Positions 46,977 to 57,138 of a DNA stretch of 64,000 bases are shown here, one piece after another. The notes beneath the pieces were generated by a model. That model did not search any database. It was not told the origin of the DNA and saw nothing but the letters and a program-made list of their open reading frames with translations. A program made the position numbers and the translations under genes. Positions within the stretch are counted from its first letter, which is position 1. The number at the start of each line of letters is the position of its first letter. This DNA comes from Bacteroidales bacterium. Lineage in GTDB: Bacteria; Bacteroidota; Bacteroidia; Bacteroidales; B18-G4. The stretch spans positions 2,445-66,444 of the forward strand of contig JAXGTH010000002.1 in assembly GCA_040775045.1 (NCBI GenBank). Reading direction: 5' to 3'.

Positions 46977-47759
46977 TTATTCCGGGTCACCTTCACAATA
47001 GGCCCGCAGGGCTTTCTCGGCTTCAAAATGCCCGAGCCCGTGGGCTTTTCTCCAGTCGAAACAGGCATCGTGCAGCCTGCCCAGGTGGAAATTGGCAAGC
47101 CCCCTGTTGAAAAAAGCTTCGGCATATTCGGGATTCAGTTCCACGGCCCGGTCAAAATCGGCAATGGCCCCGGTATAATCCTTGGTCCGGCCACGGGCGG
47201 TACCACGGTTGTAATAAGCAATGGGATCGTTGGGTTTCAGTGTCACGACCTTCTCGTAATCTTCCAGGCAATTCTTGAAATCCCCCAGCATATAATATAC
47301 CCTTCCGCGGTATTGCAGCGACAGGGAATCATCGGGAAAGATCGCGATGGCCTTGTTGAAGGCATTCAGCGCATCCTTGAAACGGTCGAGCTTGAAATAG
47401 CCCAGTCCGAGGTTATAATAGGCCCTCCGGTCTTTGGGATATCGGGCCGTGATCTGTTCGAAATATTGCACACCCTGCCTGTAGTCATCATTGGAGTATG
47501 CGGTGGTTCCCATCTTGAAAAGATATGAGCCATCCTGGTCGAGGGAAGCCTCTTCTGCACCTTCCTTTTTCGGGGGAGGCAATTCTTTTGCAGTATCGGC
47601 ATCGGGAGATTCCACTTTGCTGAGGGGTTCCGGCTGATCATGGCCGGAAGGCGGCATTTCGGTCACTGCATTTTCGGTATCACCCTTTTTATCGGCAGGT
47701 TCCTGGTTATTACATGACAGCAGGAACACGATAAGCAGCAGCGGAAGTATCTTTTTCAT
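46977..47759 (-). CDS. Tetratricopeptide-repeat lipoprotein
   Basis: Lipobox 'FLLSCNN' and at least 5 TPR units ('AYYNLGLGYFKL', 'AYYNRGTARG', 'AFFNRGLANFHLG'). Confidence 0.8.
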   Translation of the reverse strand: MKKILPLLLIVFLLSCNNQEPADKKGDTENAVTEMPPSGHDQPEPLSKVESPDADTAKELPPPKKEGAEEASLDQDGSYLFKMGTTAYSNDDYRQGVQYFEQITARYPKDRRAYYNLGLGYFKLDRFKDALNAFNKAIAIFPDDSLSLQYRGRVYYMLGDFKNCLEDYEKVVTLKPNDPIAYYNRGTARGRTKDYTGAIADFDRAVELNPEYAEAFFNRGLANFHLGRLHDACFDWRKAHGLGHFEAEKALRAYCEGDPE

Positions 47760-47897
47760 GGTGTATATGTTGATTAAGCCTTAGCAGGTTTTGATTGGCA
47801 CCTTGCAAAATTATTAAAAATATGCGAGAGGATGAAGCCTTGTGACCATTGACATGCCATATATCAGGATAAGCGGCAACGGGTGTTGAAGGGCCGC

Positions 47898-48371
47898 TCA
47901 CGGCCTGCCCTGTTTCCTGGCAGAGCTGAGCAGGTGGAGTTCCATTTCTGCCAGGAGGGTCCCGAAATCCCTGACCTTCGAAGGGTCGATCCTGTAGGCG
48001 GCAAGTACCTGCGGGATATTCCTGATCTTGGTGATGACCGTATCCAGGATGCCGGATTCGAGCGGTTCGGTGGCCAGCAGGAAATAATCGACCTGCCCTA
48101 TAGCCGGGATGAGCTTTCCCTGGGGGTGATGGTTGGCGATGAGGCAAAAGTGGGTTTTCAGGTCGGCATCTTCATGAAGCATGAAAGGAAATTCGAGGGT
48201 ATTGCCCGTAGTCCCGTCAGGCAGGAGAAAATCGTCGATCCGTCTGAAATTGAACCCCAGCTCTTTATTGATGGCGAACGAAAGCCGGTACGAGCGCAGG
48301 TGACAGGAGATACCGATCAGGGTAACATCGATCTCGTGACTGATTTTCAGGGTTTGCTTTTTCCTTGCCAT
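47898..48371 (-). CDS. IPExxxVDY family protein
   Basis: 'LIPAIGQVDYFLL' signature in 157 aa. Position downstream of rnc matches other Bacteroidota. Confidence 0.7.
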   Translation of the reverse strand: MARKKQTLKISHEIDVTLIGISCHLRSYRLSFAINKELGFNFRRIDDFLLPDGTTGNTLEFPFMLHEDADLKTHFCLIANHHPQGKLIPAIGQVDYFLLATEPLESGILDTVITKIRNIPQVLAAYRIDPSKVRDFGTLLAEMELHLLSSARKQGRP

Positions 48372-48388
48372 GACCGGGCATTTGATTC

Positions 48389-49108
48389 CTATTCGATGTC
48401 GAGCTCGTGGCAGGCCTTTTCCGCCGCTATCTTCTCGGCTCCCTTGATGGAAAAGTCGATTCCGCGGCTAACAGCTTTGCTGTCGATCAGTATTTCGATC
48501 TCATATTGCCTGTTGTTCTTCTCCCCCTTTTCATTTACCAGGCTGAATTCAACCTCTTTTTTTTCTTTCTGTGCCCATTCGATAAGGCGGCTTTTGAAGT
48601 TGGTTTCAATATGTTCGAGGGCATCGATGTCGATATGGATGTTGATGATACGATTGATGATCACCTTGCGGGTAAATGAATATCCCTTGTCGAGGTAGAG
48701 TGCACCGATGAATGCCTCGAAAGCATCGCCCCTGATATTCCTGGATGTGCTCCTCGTATCGGGACTGGATTCGATGAGCCTGTCGAGGCCGAGTTTCCTG
48801 CTGAGCTTGTCGAGGTTGGAACGGCAAACGATCTTTGACCTCATTTCGGTGAGGAAACCTTCACCTTTATATGGGAATTTCTTGAAAAGGTATTCTGCGA
48901 TGACTGCGCCCAGTACGGCATCCCCGAGGTATTCGAGGCGTTCATTGTTGATCTTGATGCCATTGATGTCCTGGTTGACGGACTTATGCCTGAAAGCGAG
49001 CTTGTAGAGGTAAAGGTTGCCGGGCGAAAAGCCGAAAATATTCCTGACCGACTGGTTTAATTCCTTGCCAGCTGATCCAAGGGGTGTAGCGTGTTTAAGA
49101 AGGCTCAA
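48389..49108 (-). CDS. rnc: Ribonuclease III
   Basis: Signature 'NERLEYLGDAVLG' and a C-terminal dsRBD ('SKGAEKIAAEKA' region). TTG start 6 nt after the fabF stop. Confidence 0.9.
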   Translation of the reverse strand: MSLLKHATPLGSAGKELNQSVRNIFGFSPGNLYLYKLAFRHKSVNQDINGIKINNERLEYLGDAVLGAVIAEYLFKKFPYKGEGFLTEMRSKIVCRSNLDKLSRKLGLDRLIESSPDTRSTSRNIRGDAFEAFIGALYLDKGYSFTRKVIINRIINIHIDIDALEHIETNFKSRLIEWAQKEKKEVEFSLVNEKGEKNNRQYEIEILIDSKAVSRGIDFSIKGAEKIAAEKACHELDIE

Positions 49109-49114
49109 AACTTA

Positions 49115-50368
49115 TTACTTGACGTACTTCTTGAAGATCAGTGATACGTTGTGTCCGCCGAAACCGAAGGTGTTTGACAAAGCTGCATTGATGACCCTTT
49201 TCTGGGCTTTATGATAGGTAAAGTTAAGCCTGTTGTCAATCCCCGGGTCGTCGGTAAAATGGTTGATCGTTGGGGGTACAATATCATTTTGAATGGTCAG
49301 CACGGTAGCGATGGCCTCGATGGCGCCGGCAGCACCCAGCAGATGGCCGGTCATCGACTTGGTGGAATTGATATTGATCCCGTAGGCATGTTCACCGAAG
49401 GTGGAGATGATCGCGATAGGTTCGGAGAGGTCTCCGAGCGGTGTTGAAGTGCCGTGTGTATTGATGTGGTCGATATCTTCGGGTTTCATACCGGCATCGT
49501 CGAGGGCTGCCTGCATCGACAGGCTTGCACCAAAGCCTTCGGGATGCGGTGAGGTCATGTGGTATGCATCTGCCGAAAGGCCTGCTCCAACTACCTCTGC
49601 ATATATCTTTGCACCCCTGCTGACGGCATGTTCGTATTCCTCGAAGATGAGTGCGCAACCGCCTTCACCCAGCACGAAACCGTCGCGGTCCTTGTCGAAA
49701 GGCCTGGAACCGGTCTTGGGGTCGTCATTCCTGGTGGAAATGGCATGCATGGCGTTGAAACCTCCCACCCCACCCTCGGTGATGGAAGCCTCGGAGCCGC
49801 CCGTGATGAAAATATCTGCTTTCCCCAGACGGATATAATTGAATGCATCGGCCAGGGAATTGGCGGAAGAGGCGCAGGCAGAAACCGTAGCGTAATTCGG
49901 CCCCCTGAATCCGTATTTGATGGAGATATGTCCTGCCGCAATATCGGCGATCATCTTGGGGATGAAGAATGGGTTGAAACGAGGTGTTCCTCCGCTCCTG
50001 GTCCAGCCGGCGATCTCTTCCTGGAAGGTCTGGATGCCGCCAATACCCGAAGCCCAGATCACCCCCACGCGGTTATGGTCGATACCGTCCGTGTCGATAC
50101 CGGCATCTTTAACAGCCATATCGGCAGCCACCAGCGCGAAATGAGCATAAGGATCATACTTGCGTGCTTCCTTACGGTCAAAGAAATTCAAGGGATCAAA
50201 ACCCTTAACCTCGCAGGCAAAAGTGGTTTTGAAATTGGTGGTGTCGAAATGGGTGATCTGATCAGCACCGCTGACCCCATTGAGCAATCCTTTCCAGAAT
50301 TCTTCAGTGGTATTGCCGATTGGGGTCAGGGCGCCTAAACCTGTTACAACTACTCTTTTAAGCTCCAT
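49115..50368 (-). CDS. fabF: Beta-ketoacyl-ACP synthase II
   Basis: Active-site 'ATVSACASSANSL', 'INTHGTSTPLGD' and 'GHLLGAAG'. Confidence 0.95.
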   Translation of the reverse strand: MELKRVVVTGLGALTPIGNTTEEFWKGLLNGVSGADQITHFDTTNFKTTFACEVKGFDPLNFFDRKEARKYDPYAHFALVAADMAVKDAGIDTDGIDHNRVGVIWASGIGGIQTFQEEIAGWTRSGGTPRFNPFFIPKMIADIAAGHISIKYGFRGPNYATVSACASSANSLADAFNYIRLGKADIFITGGSEASITEGGVGGFNAMHAISTRNDDPKTGSRPFDKDRDGFVLGEGGCALIFEEYEHAVSRGAKIYAEVVGAGLSADAYHMTSPHPEGFGASLSMQAALDDAGMKPEDIDHINTHGTSTPLGDLSEPIAIISTFGEHAYGININSTKSMTGHLLGAAGAIEAIATVLTIQNDIVPPTINHFTDDPGIDNRLNFTYHKAQKRVINAALSNTFGFGGHNVSLIFKKYVK

Positions 50369-50386
50369 GCAGCAGGGTATAGATTC

Positions 50387-50623
50387 TTACTTGGCGTTGT
50401 CTTCAATATACTTAATGGCTTCTCCAACAGAACCGATCTTTTCTGCCTGATCATCGGGAATCGCAATGTTAAACTCTTTCTCAAATTCCATGATCAGTTC
50501 AACAGTATCCAGTGAATCCGCTCCAAGGTCATTCGTGAAGCTGGCTTCCGGGGTCACTTCGTTTTCGTCAACTCCGAGTTTGTCAACGATTATCGATTTT
50601 ACTCTTGATGCAATGTCAGACAT
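50387..50623 (-). CDS. acpP: Acyl carrier protein
   Basis: 78 aa with the phosphopantetheine site '[13 protein letters not shown]'. Confidence 0.95.
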   Translation of the reverse strand: MSDIASRVKSIIVDKLGVDENEVTPEASFTNDLGADSLDTVELIMEFEKEFNIAIPDDQAEKIGSVGEAIKYIEDNAK

Positions 50624-50845
50624 AACTTTCTAGTTTTGGTTATACAAGGGTGCAAAGAAAGCAATTTTCACAGGAAAAACCAAAAGAAATATAATAATTT
50701 TGATATTTTAGATTTGTATCTTTCACAAAATCAAATAATTGTGAAAACGACTCGTTTTCAGGGCCCTGCAGGGCTTTGCCAAACGCAAGTAAGATGTACC
50801 TTTGATGAGTTTCCTGAGCAGGAAACCGGATTAAAAGTTGAGTAC

Positions 50846-51427
50846 ATGAAAAGGATTGCAATCTTTGCTTCAGGTAGTGGAACCAATGCCCAGAATATTA
50901 TTGAGCATTTTGCCGGAAATCCGGAGGTGGAAGTCAGTCTGGTGCTCACCAACAATGAGCATGCTTATGTATTGAAACGCGCGGCAGCCCTGAAGGTCCC
51001 TGCCTATGTCTTCAACAGGGAACTGTTCTATGAAACCGGCAGGGTGCACGACATCCTTCGCGATATCGGGATCGACCTGATCGTACTGGCCGGATTCCTG
51101 TGGCTCGTACCCCGGAATATCCTGGATACCTGGAACGGGAGGATCATCAACATCCATCCTGCCCTGCTGCCAAAGTTCGGGGGCAAGGGCATGTATGGCG
51201 ACAGGGTGCACCAGGCCGTGATCGAGGCTGGGGAGAAGGAAACGGGCATCACCATCCATTATGTCAACGAGGTATATGACGAGGGGGAGATCATCTTCCA
51301 GGAAAAATTCCCCGTCCTTCGCGGAGATACACCCGAAACCATCGCAGAAAAAGTCCACATGCTGGAATATGAACATTACCCCCGGGTGATCGGGCAGTTA
51401 TTGTCGCTGCCGGGCAATCAGCAATAA
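50846..51427 (+). CDS. purN: Phosphoribosylglycinamide formyltransferase
   Basis: 'IAIFASGSGTNAQNII' and 'INIHPALLPKFGGKGMYG'. ATG at 50846; the track ORF start at 50636 is an upstream extension. Confidence 0.9.
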   Translation: MKRIAIFASGSGTNAQNIIEHFAGNPEVEVSLVLTNNEHAYVLKRAAALKVPAYVFNRELFYETGRVHDILRDIGIDLIVLAGFLWLVPRNILDTWNGRIINIHPALLPKFGGKGMYGDRVHQAVIEAGEKETGITIHYVNEVYDEGEIIFQEKFPVLRGDTPETIAEKVHMLEYEHYPRVIGQLLSLPGNQQ

Positions 51428-51454
51428 AGCGTTCAAACCTTTCAGGCAGGTTCC

Positions 51455-52009
51455 TCAATACCGGTTATATGTGATCACTTTGCCGGGCGCTTTCCTGATC
51501 TTTTGCCTGAGCCTGTAATCCCCGGGTTCATATCCCAGGCTGATGAGCAGCCCGATACGCCGGTTCCCTGGGATGCCAAGCAGCTTTTTGATGGGTTTTT
51601 CATTGAACCAGCCCAGCATACAGGTCCCCAGGCCTTCTTCTGTGGCCTGAAGACAGAAATGTTCAGCCGCAATGCCAATATCGATGAGCGGGTATTCCTT
51701 GTTTTTGATGATGCCCCCCACGGTGGGTACCAGGGGTGATTTTTCGATGGTGATGACGATGATGACGGGAGCCTGCTCGACAAACCTGTTGAAGGCCACC
51801 AGCTTATTCCAGGTTTCCCTGGCCACCTTCCTCACCAGCACGGGATCGTCCACCACGATGAATTTCCATGGCTGGGCATTACATGCCGAAGGGGCAAGCA
51901 ATGCAGCCTCCAGGCAGCGGCCAAGCTTATCCTTTTCGACCGGTTTATCGATATAACGCCTGACGCTCTGCCTGCGCATGATCAGGTCGATAAGTTTACC
52001 CATTGCCAA
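51455..52009 (-). CDS. Nitroreductase family protein
   Basis: 'IMRRQSVRRYIDKPV' and 'QPWKFIVV'. 14-nt overlap with the pgi stop. Confidence 0.8.
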   Translation of the reverse strand: MAMGKLIDLIMRRQSVRRYIDKPVEKDKLGRCLEAALLAPSACNAQPWKFIVVDDPVLVRKVARETWNKLVAFNRFVEQAPVIIVITIEKSPLVPTVGGIIKNKEYPLIDIGIAAEHFCLQATEEGLGTCMLGWFNEKPIKKLLGIPGNRRIGLLISLGYEPGDYRLRQKIRKAPGKVITYNRY

Positions 52010-53345
52010 TGCGTTTTCTTAATGCCTCTGTTTCTTTTTCAAACCCTGGCTTGCCCAGCAGGGCAAACATGTTTTTCTTGTATGCTTCCACCCCCGGCTG
52101 GTCGAAGGGATTGATGCCGAGGATATAGCCGCTCACTGCGCAGGCCATCTCGAAAAACCAGATCAGCTGTCCGAGATAATACTCGTTGATCGCGGGCACT
52201 GTGATCCTGATATTGGGCACGCCCCCGTCGATATGCGCGATCAGCGTACCGAACTCAGCCATCTTGTTGACCTCGTCAATCTTCCGGCCTGCCAGGTAAT
52301 TCAGCCTGTCGGCATCCATGGCGTCATCGGGTATGGGAAGCCTGTGCCTGGTTGATCCCACGGAGATCACCGTTTCGAATATATTCCTCAACCCGTCCTG
52401 GATGTATTGCCCCATGGAGTGCAGATCGGTGGTAAAGGTCACCCCTGCCGGGAAGATCCCCTTATGCTCCTTGCCTTCACTTTCACCGTAAAGTTGTTTC
52501 CACCATTCTGTCAGGTAATAAAGGTTCGGCTGGTAGCCGACCATGATCTCCGTGGTCTTGCCTTTGCGGTAAAGGGCATTGCGGGCGGCAGCATAACGCA
52601 TCACCGGGTTTGTTCCCATGTCCTGGTGGTTCAGCACATATTCACGCATATCCCCGGCTCCCTGCAGCAACGCTTCAATATCGAAACCTGCGGCAGCGAT
52701 GGGCAGCAGTCCCACCGGGGTCAGCACGGAATACCGCCCCCCCACATCATCTGGGACGACGAAAGTTTCATAACCCTCTTTGATGGCCAGTTCCTTGAGG
52801 GCTCCCTTTTCCCTGTCGGTGATGGCAATGATCCGTTTCACGGCTTCTTCCTTCCCGTATTTCCCTTCCAGGTGGTTCTTCAGGATGCGGAAGGCGATGG
52901 CCGGCTCGGTAGTGGTTCCCGACTTGGAAATGACCACCACGGAATAGTCCATTTCATCAAGCACATCCAGGAGTTCAGCCATATAGTCCTCTGCCACGTT
53001 CTGCCCTGCATAAAGCACCAGCGGGTAATCCCTGGGCAGCAAACCGGCGAAATGATGGCTCAGGGCATCGATCACGGCCCGTGCACCCAGATAGGATCCC
53101 CCTATGCCTGTGACAACGAGCACTTCTGACTGCCCTGCCAGACGGCGGGCGCTTTTGTTGATGGTTTCGGGCAATTTTTTGTCCATTGATACCGGCAGGT
53201 CAAGCCAGCCAAGGAATTCATTCCCACTGCCGGTTTTTTCAACCAGTGACCGGATATGTGAACTGATCTCATCCCCGAAACAGAAAATTTCATCTTGGGT
53301 GAGGAAGTCATGAAGATAACTTAAATCAACCTGGATCGTATTCAT
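51996..53345 (-). CDS. pgi: Glucose-6-phosphate isomerase (short bacterial type)
   Basis: 'GIGGSYLGARAV', 'ISKSGTTTEP' and 'QLYGESEGK'. ATG at 53345 (MNTIQVDL). Confidence 0.92.
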   Translation of the reverse strand: MNTIQVDLSYLHDFLTQDEIFCFGDEISSHIRSLVEKTGSGNEFLGWLDLPVSMDKKLPETINKSARRLAGQSEVLVVTGIGGSYLGARAVIDALSHHFAGLLPRDYPLVLYAGQNVAEDYMAELLDVLDEMDYSVVVISKSGTTTEPAIAFRILKNHLEGKYGKEEAVKRIIAITDREKGALKELAIKEGYETFVVPDDVGGRYSVLTPVGLLPIAAAGFDIEALLQGAGDMREYVLNHQDMGTNPVMRYAAARNALYRKGKTTEIMVGYQPNLYYLTEWWKQLYGESEGKEHKGIFPAGVTFTTDLHSMGQYIQDGLRNIFETVISVGSTRHRLPIPDDAMDADRLNYLAGRKIDEVNKMAEFGTLIAHIDGGVPNIRITVPAINEYYLGQLIWFFEMACAVSGYILGINPFDQPGVEAYKKNMFALLGKPGFEKETEALRKRIGNG

Positions 53346-53500
53346 AGCAAGAAAAGTGTTTATTGATGCGAAAATAAGCATTTGCTGCCTGACGATAATG
53401 CAAAAACTTCAACACCACGATGACTGTCAGCCCTGTCGGCTGCTCGGGAATGCGAGATCTGGGGATGAAAAGGGTGAGGAGACCTGCTGTGTCAGGGTAT

Positions 53501-53533
53501 AAAAAAACAGCGCGGCTTTACCGGACCGCGCTG
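53501..53533 (-). terminator. Orphan rho-independent terminator (minus strand)
   Basis: 8-bp GC-rich stem cagcgcgg/ccgcgctg (53508-53515 with 53526-53533) and a 10-nt loop. Read on the minus strand, it is followed by a U7 tract (A7 at 53501-53507 on plus). No minus-strand gene ends here. Confidence 0.6.
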
Positions 53534-53620
53534 CTCAAACCAAAAACCAAATTCATGAAATAGATTTTTTGCACAATGTTTAACTAACATGAAAAATGGT
53601 ACGTAGAAATTGGATTAGCA
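53501..53620 (-). ncRNA. Candidate small RNA or pgi leader (promoter-to-terminator unit, about 120 nt)
   Basis: Exact minus-strand -7 box TAcTTTTG (plus coordinates 53628-53635) about 95 nt upstream of the orphan terminator. No match to a known RNA family recognised. Confidence 0.3.
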
Positions 53621-53729
53621 TCCGAAACAAAAGTATAACGAATTTCATGCCAGAGATGTTAACAAACACTAATGAACGTTAAAAAAAGTTAAAGCATCCT
53701 GATTGTCCGCTCCATCCCATAAATTTGTC

Positions 53730-55151
53730 ATGGTGAACAGGAAAGTGATCATATTCATCATCGGGTTGATGGGCCTTGCGCTGATCGCCCTGGTCCTTGT
53801 CCAGGTATACTGGATGAGAAATGCCATGGACCTCCGGCAGGCCAACTTTGTACGGTCGGTCAATGAGGCCGTGGATGGTGTGGTGTTCAGGCTGGAGAAG
53901 TCGGAACTCGCTGGCCGGCTCCAGACCACCATTGATAAACTGGGAAGATCGACGGGGGGGAGTGTATCCGGCGACTCACTGTCGCACATGCTGAATCACG
54001 AATTCGCCGGTATCGATAACAGGCCTGAGCTGGAAAACTTTTACAACAAATACCTCCTTTCCCTTGAACTGCCCGTAGAGCAGGGTTTGCTGGAGGGCTT
54101 CAAACTCATCGAGAAACGACTTACTTATGAACTCCTCGATTCACTTTTGCGCGACGAGCTGAACAAGAAAAGCATTGGCACCACTTTCCAGTTCGGGGTG
54201 TTCAGCACAGACCGGGAACAGATGGTTCTCAGGTCGGAGGGCAGCGATCCTTCGGAATTGCTTGAAAAGGGTTATGCCTTTACGCTTTTCCCTGACGACC
54301 TGTCGGAAGATCCCGACTACCTGATGATATATTTCCCCAACGAGAGGGGTTTCCTCCTCGGGCAGATGTCGGGCCTGATGACCATCTCCATAAGCCTGAT
54401 CCTGGTGATCATCTTTTCGTTTACCTATACCATCCTGACCATATACCGGCAGAAGCGTTTATCGGAGATGAAGAATGACTTCATCAATAATATGACGCAT
54501 GAGTTCAAGACCCCGATCTCGACCATCTCACTTGCCTGCCAGGCCCTGCAGGATCACGATGTGATCAAGTCGGAATCTTTGTACGATACCTATATCGGGG
54601 TCATCGGCGAGGAGAACCAGCGCCTGGGGGCCATGGCGGAAAAGATCCTGCAATCGGCAGTGCTGGAGAAAAAACAAATTGAACTCAACAGGGAATGGTT
54701 CGATATCCACGAAGTGATCTCCGACGTGGTGAACAAAATCGGGATCCAGGTGCAGATCAAGGACGGCAGCATCATCACCGATTTGCAGGCTGACCCTTCC
54801 GAGATCCATGCCGACAGGGTACACTTTACCAACCTGGTCAACAACCTGCTCGACAATGCCAATAAATATACGCCCCAGAAACCCATTATCAGGGTGAGCA
54901 CGCAGAATGTGAGGACAGGTGTGATGATTTCGATCGAAGACAACGGCATCGGGATCAGCAAGAAGAACCAGAAGAAGATCTTTGAAAAACTGTACCGCGT
55001 GCCAATGGGAAACCTGCACGATTTCAAGGGTTTCGGTTTGGGTCTCAGTTATGTTAAAGTGATCGTGGAATACCACAAGGGGAGTATCAGGCTGGAGAGT
55101 GAACTGAAGAAGGGAACGAAATTTTATGTATATTTACCTTACGACTCATAA
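53730..55151 (+). CDS. Sensor histidine kinase
   Basis: Two TMs, H-box 'MTHEFKTPISTI', N-box 'LLDNANKYTP', and G-boxes 'DNGIGIS' and 'GFGLGLSYV'. ATG at 53730 is preferred over TTG at 53703. Confidence 0.85.
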   Translation: MVNRKVIIFIIGLMGLALIALVLVQVYWMRNAMDLRQANFVRSVNEAVDGVVFRLEKSELAGRLQTTIDKLGRSTGGSVSGDSLSHMLNHEFAGIDNRPELENFYNKYLLSLELPVEQGLLEGFKLIEKRLTYELLDSLLRDELNKKSIGTTFQFGVFSTDREQMVLRSEGSDPSELLEKGYAFTLFPDDLSEDPDYLMIYFPNERGFLLGQMSGLMTISISLILVIIFSFTYTILTIYRQKRLSEMKNDFINNMTHEFKTPISTISLACQALQDHDVIKSESLYDTYIGVIGEENQRLGAMAEKILQSAVLEKKQIELNREWFDIHEVISDVVNKIGIQVQIKDGSIITDLQADPSEIHADRVHFTNLVNNLLDNANKYTPQKPIIRVSTQNVRTGVMISIEDNGIGISKKNQKKIFEKLYRVPMGNLHDFKGFGLGLSYVKVIVEYHKGSIRLESELKKGTKFYVYLPYDS

Positions 55152-55159
55152 TATTAGCC

Positions 55160-55858
55160 ATGGATAACGAAAAAGTCAGGGTGCTGCTGGCCGAGGACGA
55201 CAGGAACCTCGGTACCATCCTCAAATCATACCTGGAGGCCAAGGGTTATCCGGCCACGCTTTGTGTGAACGGACAGGAGGCTTTTGTTGAATTCAACAAG
55301 CATGATTACGACTTCTGCATCGTGGATGTGATGATGCCGGTAAAGGACGGTTTCACGCTGGCCAAAGAGATCAGGAATATCGACAAAAAGGTGCCGATCC
55401 TTTTCCTCACCGCTAAATCGATGCAGGAGGACAAGCTCAGGGGCTTCGAACTGGGCGCCGACGATTACCTCACAAAGCCTTTCAACATGGAGGAGTTGCT
55501 GGCACGGATGGAAGCCATATTGCGCAGGATCAGGAATGATGAAAAGCAGGGGCCCGAAGGTGATGTATACAAGCTTGGAAAGATGGAGTTCAATTTTGTG
55601 CGGCAAACCCTTTCACTGGATAAGGAAGAAGTGAAACTGACCTCCAAGGAAGCCGCCCTGCTGAAACTGCTTTGCCAGAACCTCAACCAGGTGGTCGATC
55701 GTAGTGTGGCCCTCAACAGGATCTGGTTCGACGATTCATATTTCAATGCCCGGAGCATGGATGTTTACATCACCAAGCTCAGGAAATATTTGAAAATGGA
55801 CCCGACGGTCGAACTCATCAATGTGCACGGGGTAGGGTTCAAGCTGGTGACTCCTTAG
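55160..55858 (+). CDS. OmpR-family response regulator
   Basis: Receiver domain 'VLLAEDD...DFCIVDVMMPVKDGF...LTAK' and a winged-helix C-terminus 'VYITKLRKYL...IINVHGVGFKL'-type. Confidence 0.9.
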   Translation: MDNEKVRVLLAEDDRNLGTILKSYLEAKGYPATLCVNGQEAFVEFNKHDYDFCIVDVMMPVKDGFTLAKEIRNIDKKVPILFLTAKSMQEDKLRGFELGADDYLTKPFNMEELLARMEAILRRIRNDEKQGPEGDVYKLGKMEFNFVRQTLSLDKEEVKLTSKEAALLKLLCQNLNQVVDRSVALNRIWFDDSYFNARSMDVYITKLRKYLKMDPTVELINVHGVGFKLVTP

Positions 55859-55867
55859 CTCTTCGTA

Positions 55868-57058
55868 TCAATTCACCGTGAGGTGTTCCGAAAAACGGAT
55901 CATATGGGTTGAATCACGGATGATATCCCAGTAAACTGATGATCCGGGCCCTTTGTCCTTGTTGGTAAGAACGATCAGTGTTTTCTGTCTTTTCATATCC
56001 CTGATGTAATAAGCCCTGAAGCCTTTCCACCAGCCAAAATGGAATGCCGTACTGTCTTCGCTCTCCCTGATCCTCCAGCCGAAGCCATAATTGTCCTTTC
56101 TTTTCCAGTATCCGGGGCTTCCCGGTGTAAAGGCTTCCTTCATGCTCCCGGCCGATACCAGCTTATTATGGGTGATGGCCTGGTCGAATTTTGCCAGGTC
56201 CTCTATGCTGGTATACACTCCTTTGTCGCCGGTAACGCCGTTGAGGTATTCATTCCGCACCCTGACGGGCCTCCAGCCCCGGTACGTATGTCCCATTACT
56301 CCCGTATCGACATAAAAAGAAACGGCAGTGTCACCGTTCATATGGTAAACGAATGAATGGTCCATGCCAAGGGGATCGAAAATGTTGGCTTTCACAAAAT
56401 CAGCGAACTGCATCCCGCTTACGGCCTCAACGATGCAGGCGAGCAGTGCATAGTTCGTGTTGCAGTAATGGAATCCGTTTCCCGGCTTGAAATATGGGGA
56501 AGGCCGGAATTCTTCGAAAAGTTTCAGCATATCGTTGTTGGTGAGCGGAACCTCCTTGTTCTTCCACTCATCGTGGGCAAGCGACATATAGCGGCTCAGA
56601 CCCGAACGGTGGGTAAGCAGCATCCGTACCGTCACGCTGTCATAGGGGAAGGAGGGCAGGTAACGCCTGATATCGGCATCAAGGTCGATCAACTCCCTTT
56701 CTTTCAGTATCATGACCGACATGGCCGTGAACATCTTCGAAACAGATGCCAGCTGGAATGAAGATGATGTGGTTAAGCTGTCCTTGCTCATGAAATTTCC
56801 GTAACCGAACGCCTTCCGGTAAACCAGGCATCCCTGTTCGAGATAGGCCACGGCACCGTTAAACCAGTACCCTTTTGCCATATGGGTGAAGATGCTGTCG
56901 ATCCAGGCAGCTTTCTGTTCAGCCGTGACAGGGTCGCAGATCACTGTTGGCTGAATATTTTGTGCATCGGGGGATGAATGCTCCGTACCCGCAGGATTAT
57001 TGCATGAAAAACTGATCAGGAAAAACAACAGGGTAAGCAGTGTAAGTCTTGTCAACAT
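55868..57058 (-). CDS. Serine hydrolase, beta-lactamase/PBP4* family
   Basis: SxxK motif 'ASVSKMFTA'. Lipoprotein-like N-terminus from ATG 57058 ('LLFFLISFSCNN'). Confidence 0.8.
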   Translation of the reverse strand: MLTRLTLLTLLFFLISFSCNNPAGTEHSSPDAQNIQPTVICDPVTAEQKAAWIDSIFTHMAKGYWFNGAVAYLEQGCLVYRKAFGYGNFMSKDSLTTSSSFQLASVSKMFTAMSVMILKERELIDLDADIRRYLPSFPYDSVTVRMLLTHRSGLSRYMSLAHDEWKNKEVPLTNNDMLKLFEEFRPSPYFKPGNGFHYCNTNYALLACIVEAVSGMQFADFVKANIFDPLGMDHSFVYHMNGDTAVSFYVDTGVMGHTYRGWRPVRVRNEYLNGVTGDKGVYTSIEDLAKFDQAITHNKLVSAGSMKEAFTPGSPGYWKRKDNYGFGWRIRESEDSTAFHFGWWKGFRAYYIRDMKRQKTLIVLTNKDKGPGSSVYWDIIRDSTHMIRFSEHLTVN

Positions 57059-57138
57059 CTTCAACTCGGTATCCAGTACATTAGTTAACTCTGCGGGTGC
57101 GTGCAAAAGTATGTGAAAAAAATCAGTTTTGGGACTTT

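Noticed and set aside
47883-48698. 271-aa plus-strand ORF spanning the IPExxxVDY and rnc genes
   Set aside because: It crosses two minus-strand genes that each carry family signatures (IPAIGQVDY; NERLEYLGDAVLG), so it is an antisense artefact.
53492-53590. 33-codon ORF (MLVKHCAKNLFHEFGFWFEQRGPVKPRCFFIP) inside the candidate sRNA
   Set aside because: The reading frame runs through the terminator hairpin and U-tract and has no recognisable features. It cannot be supported as a CDS.
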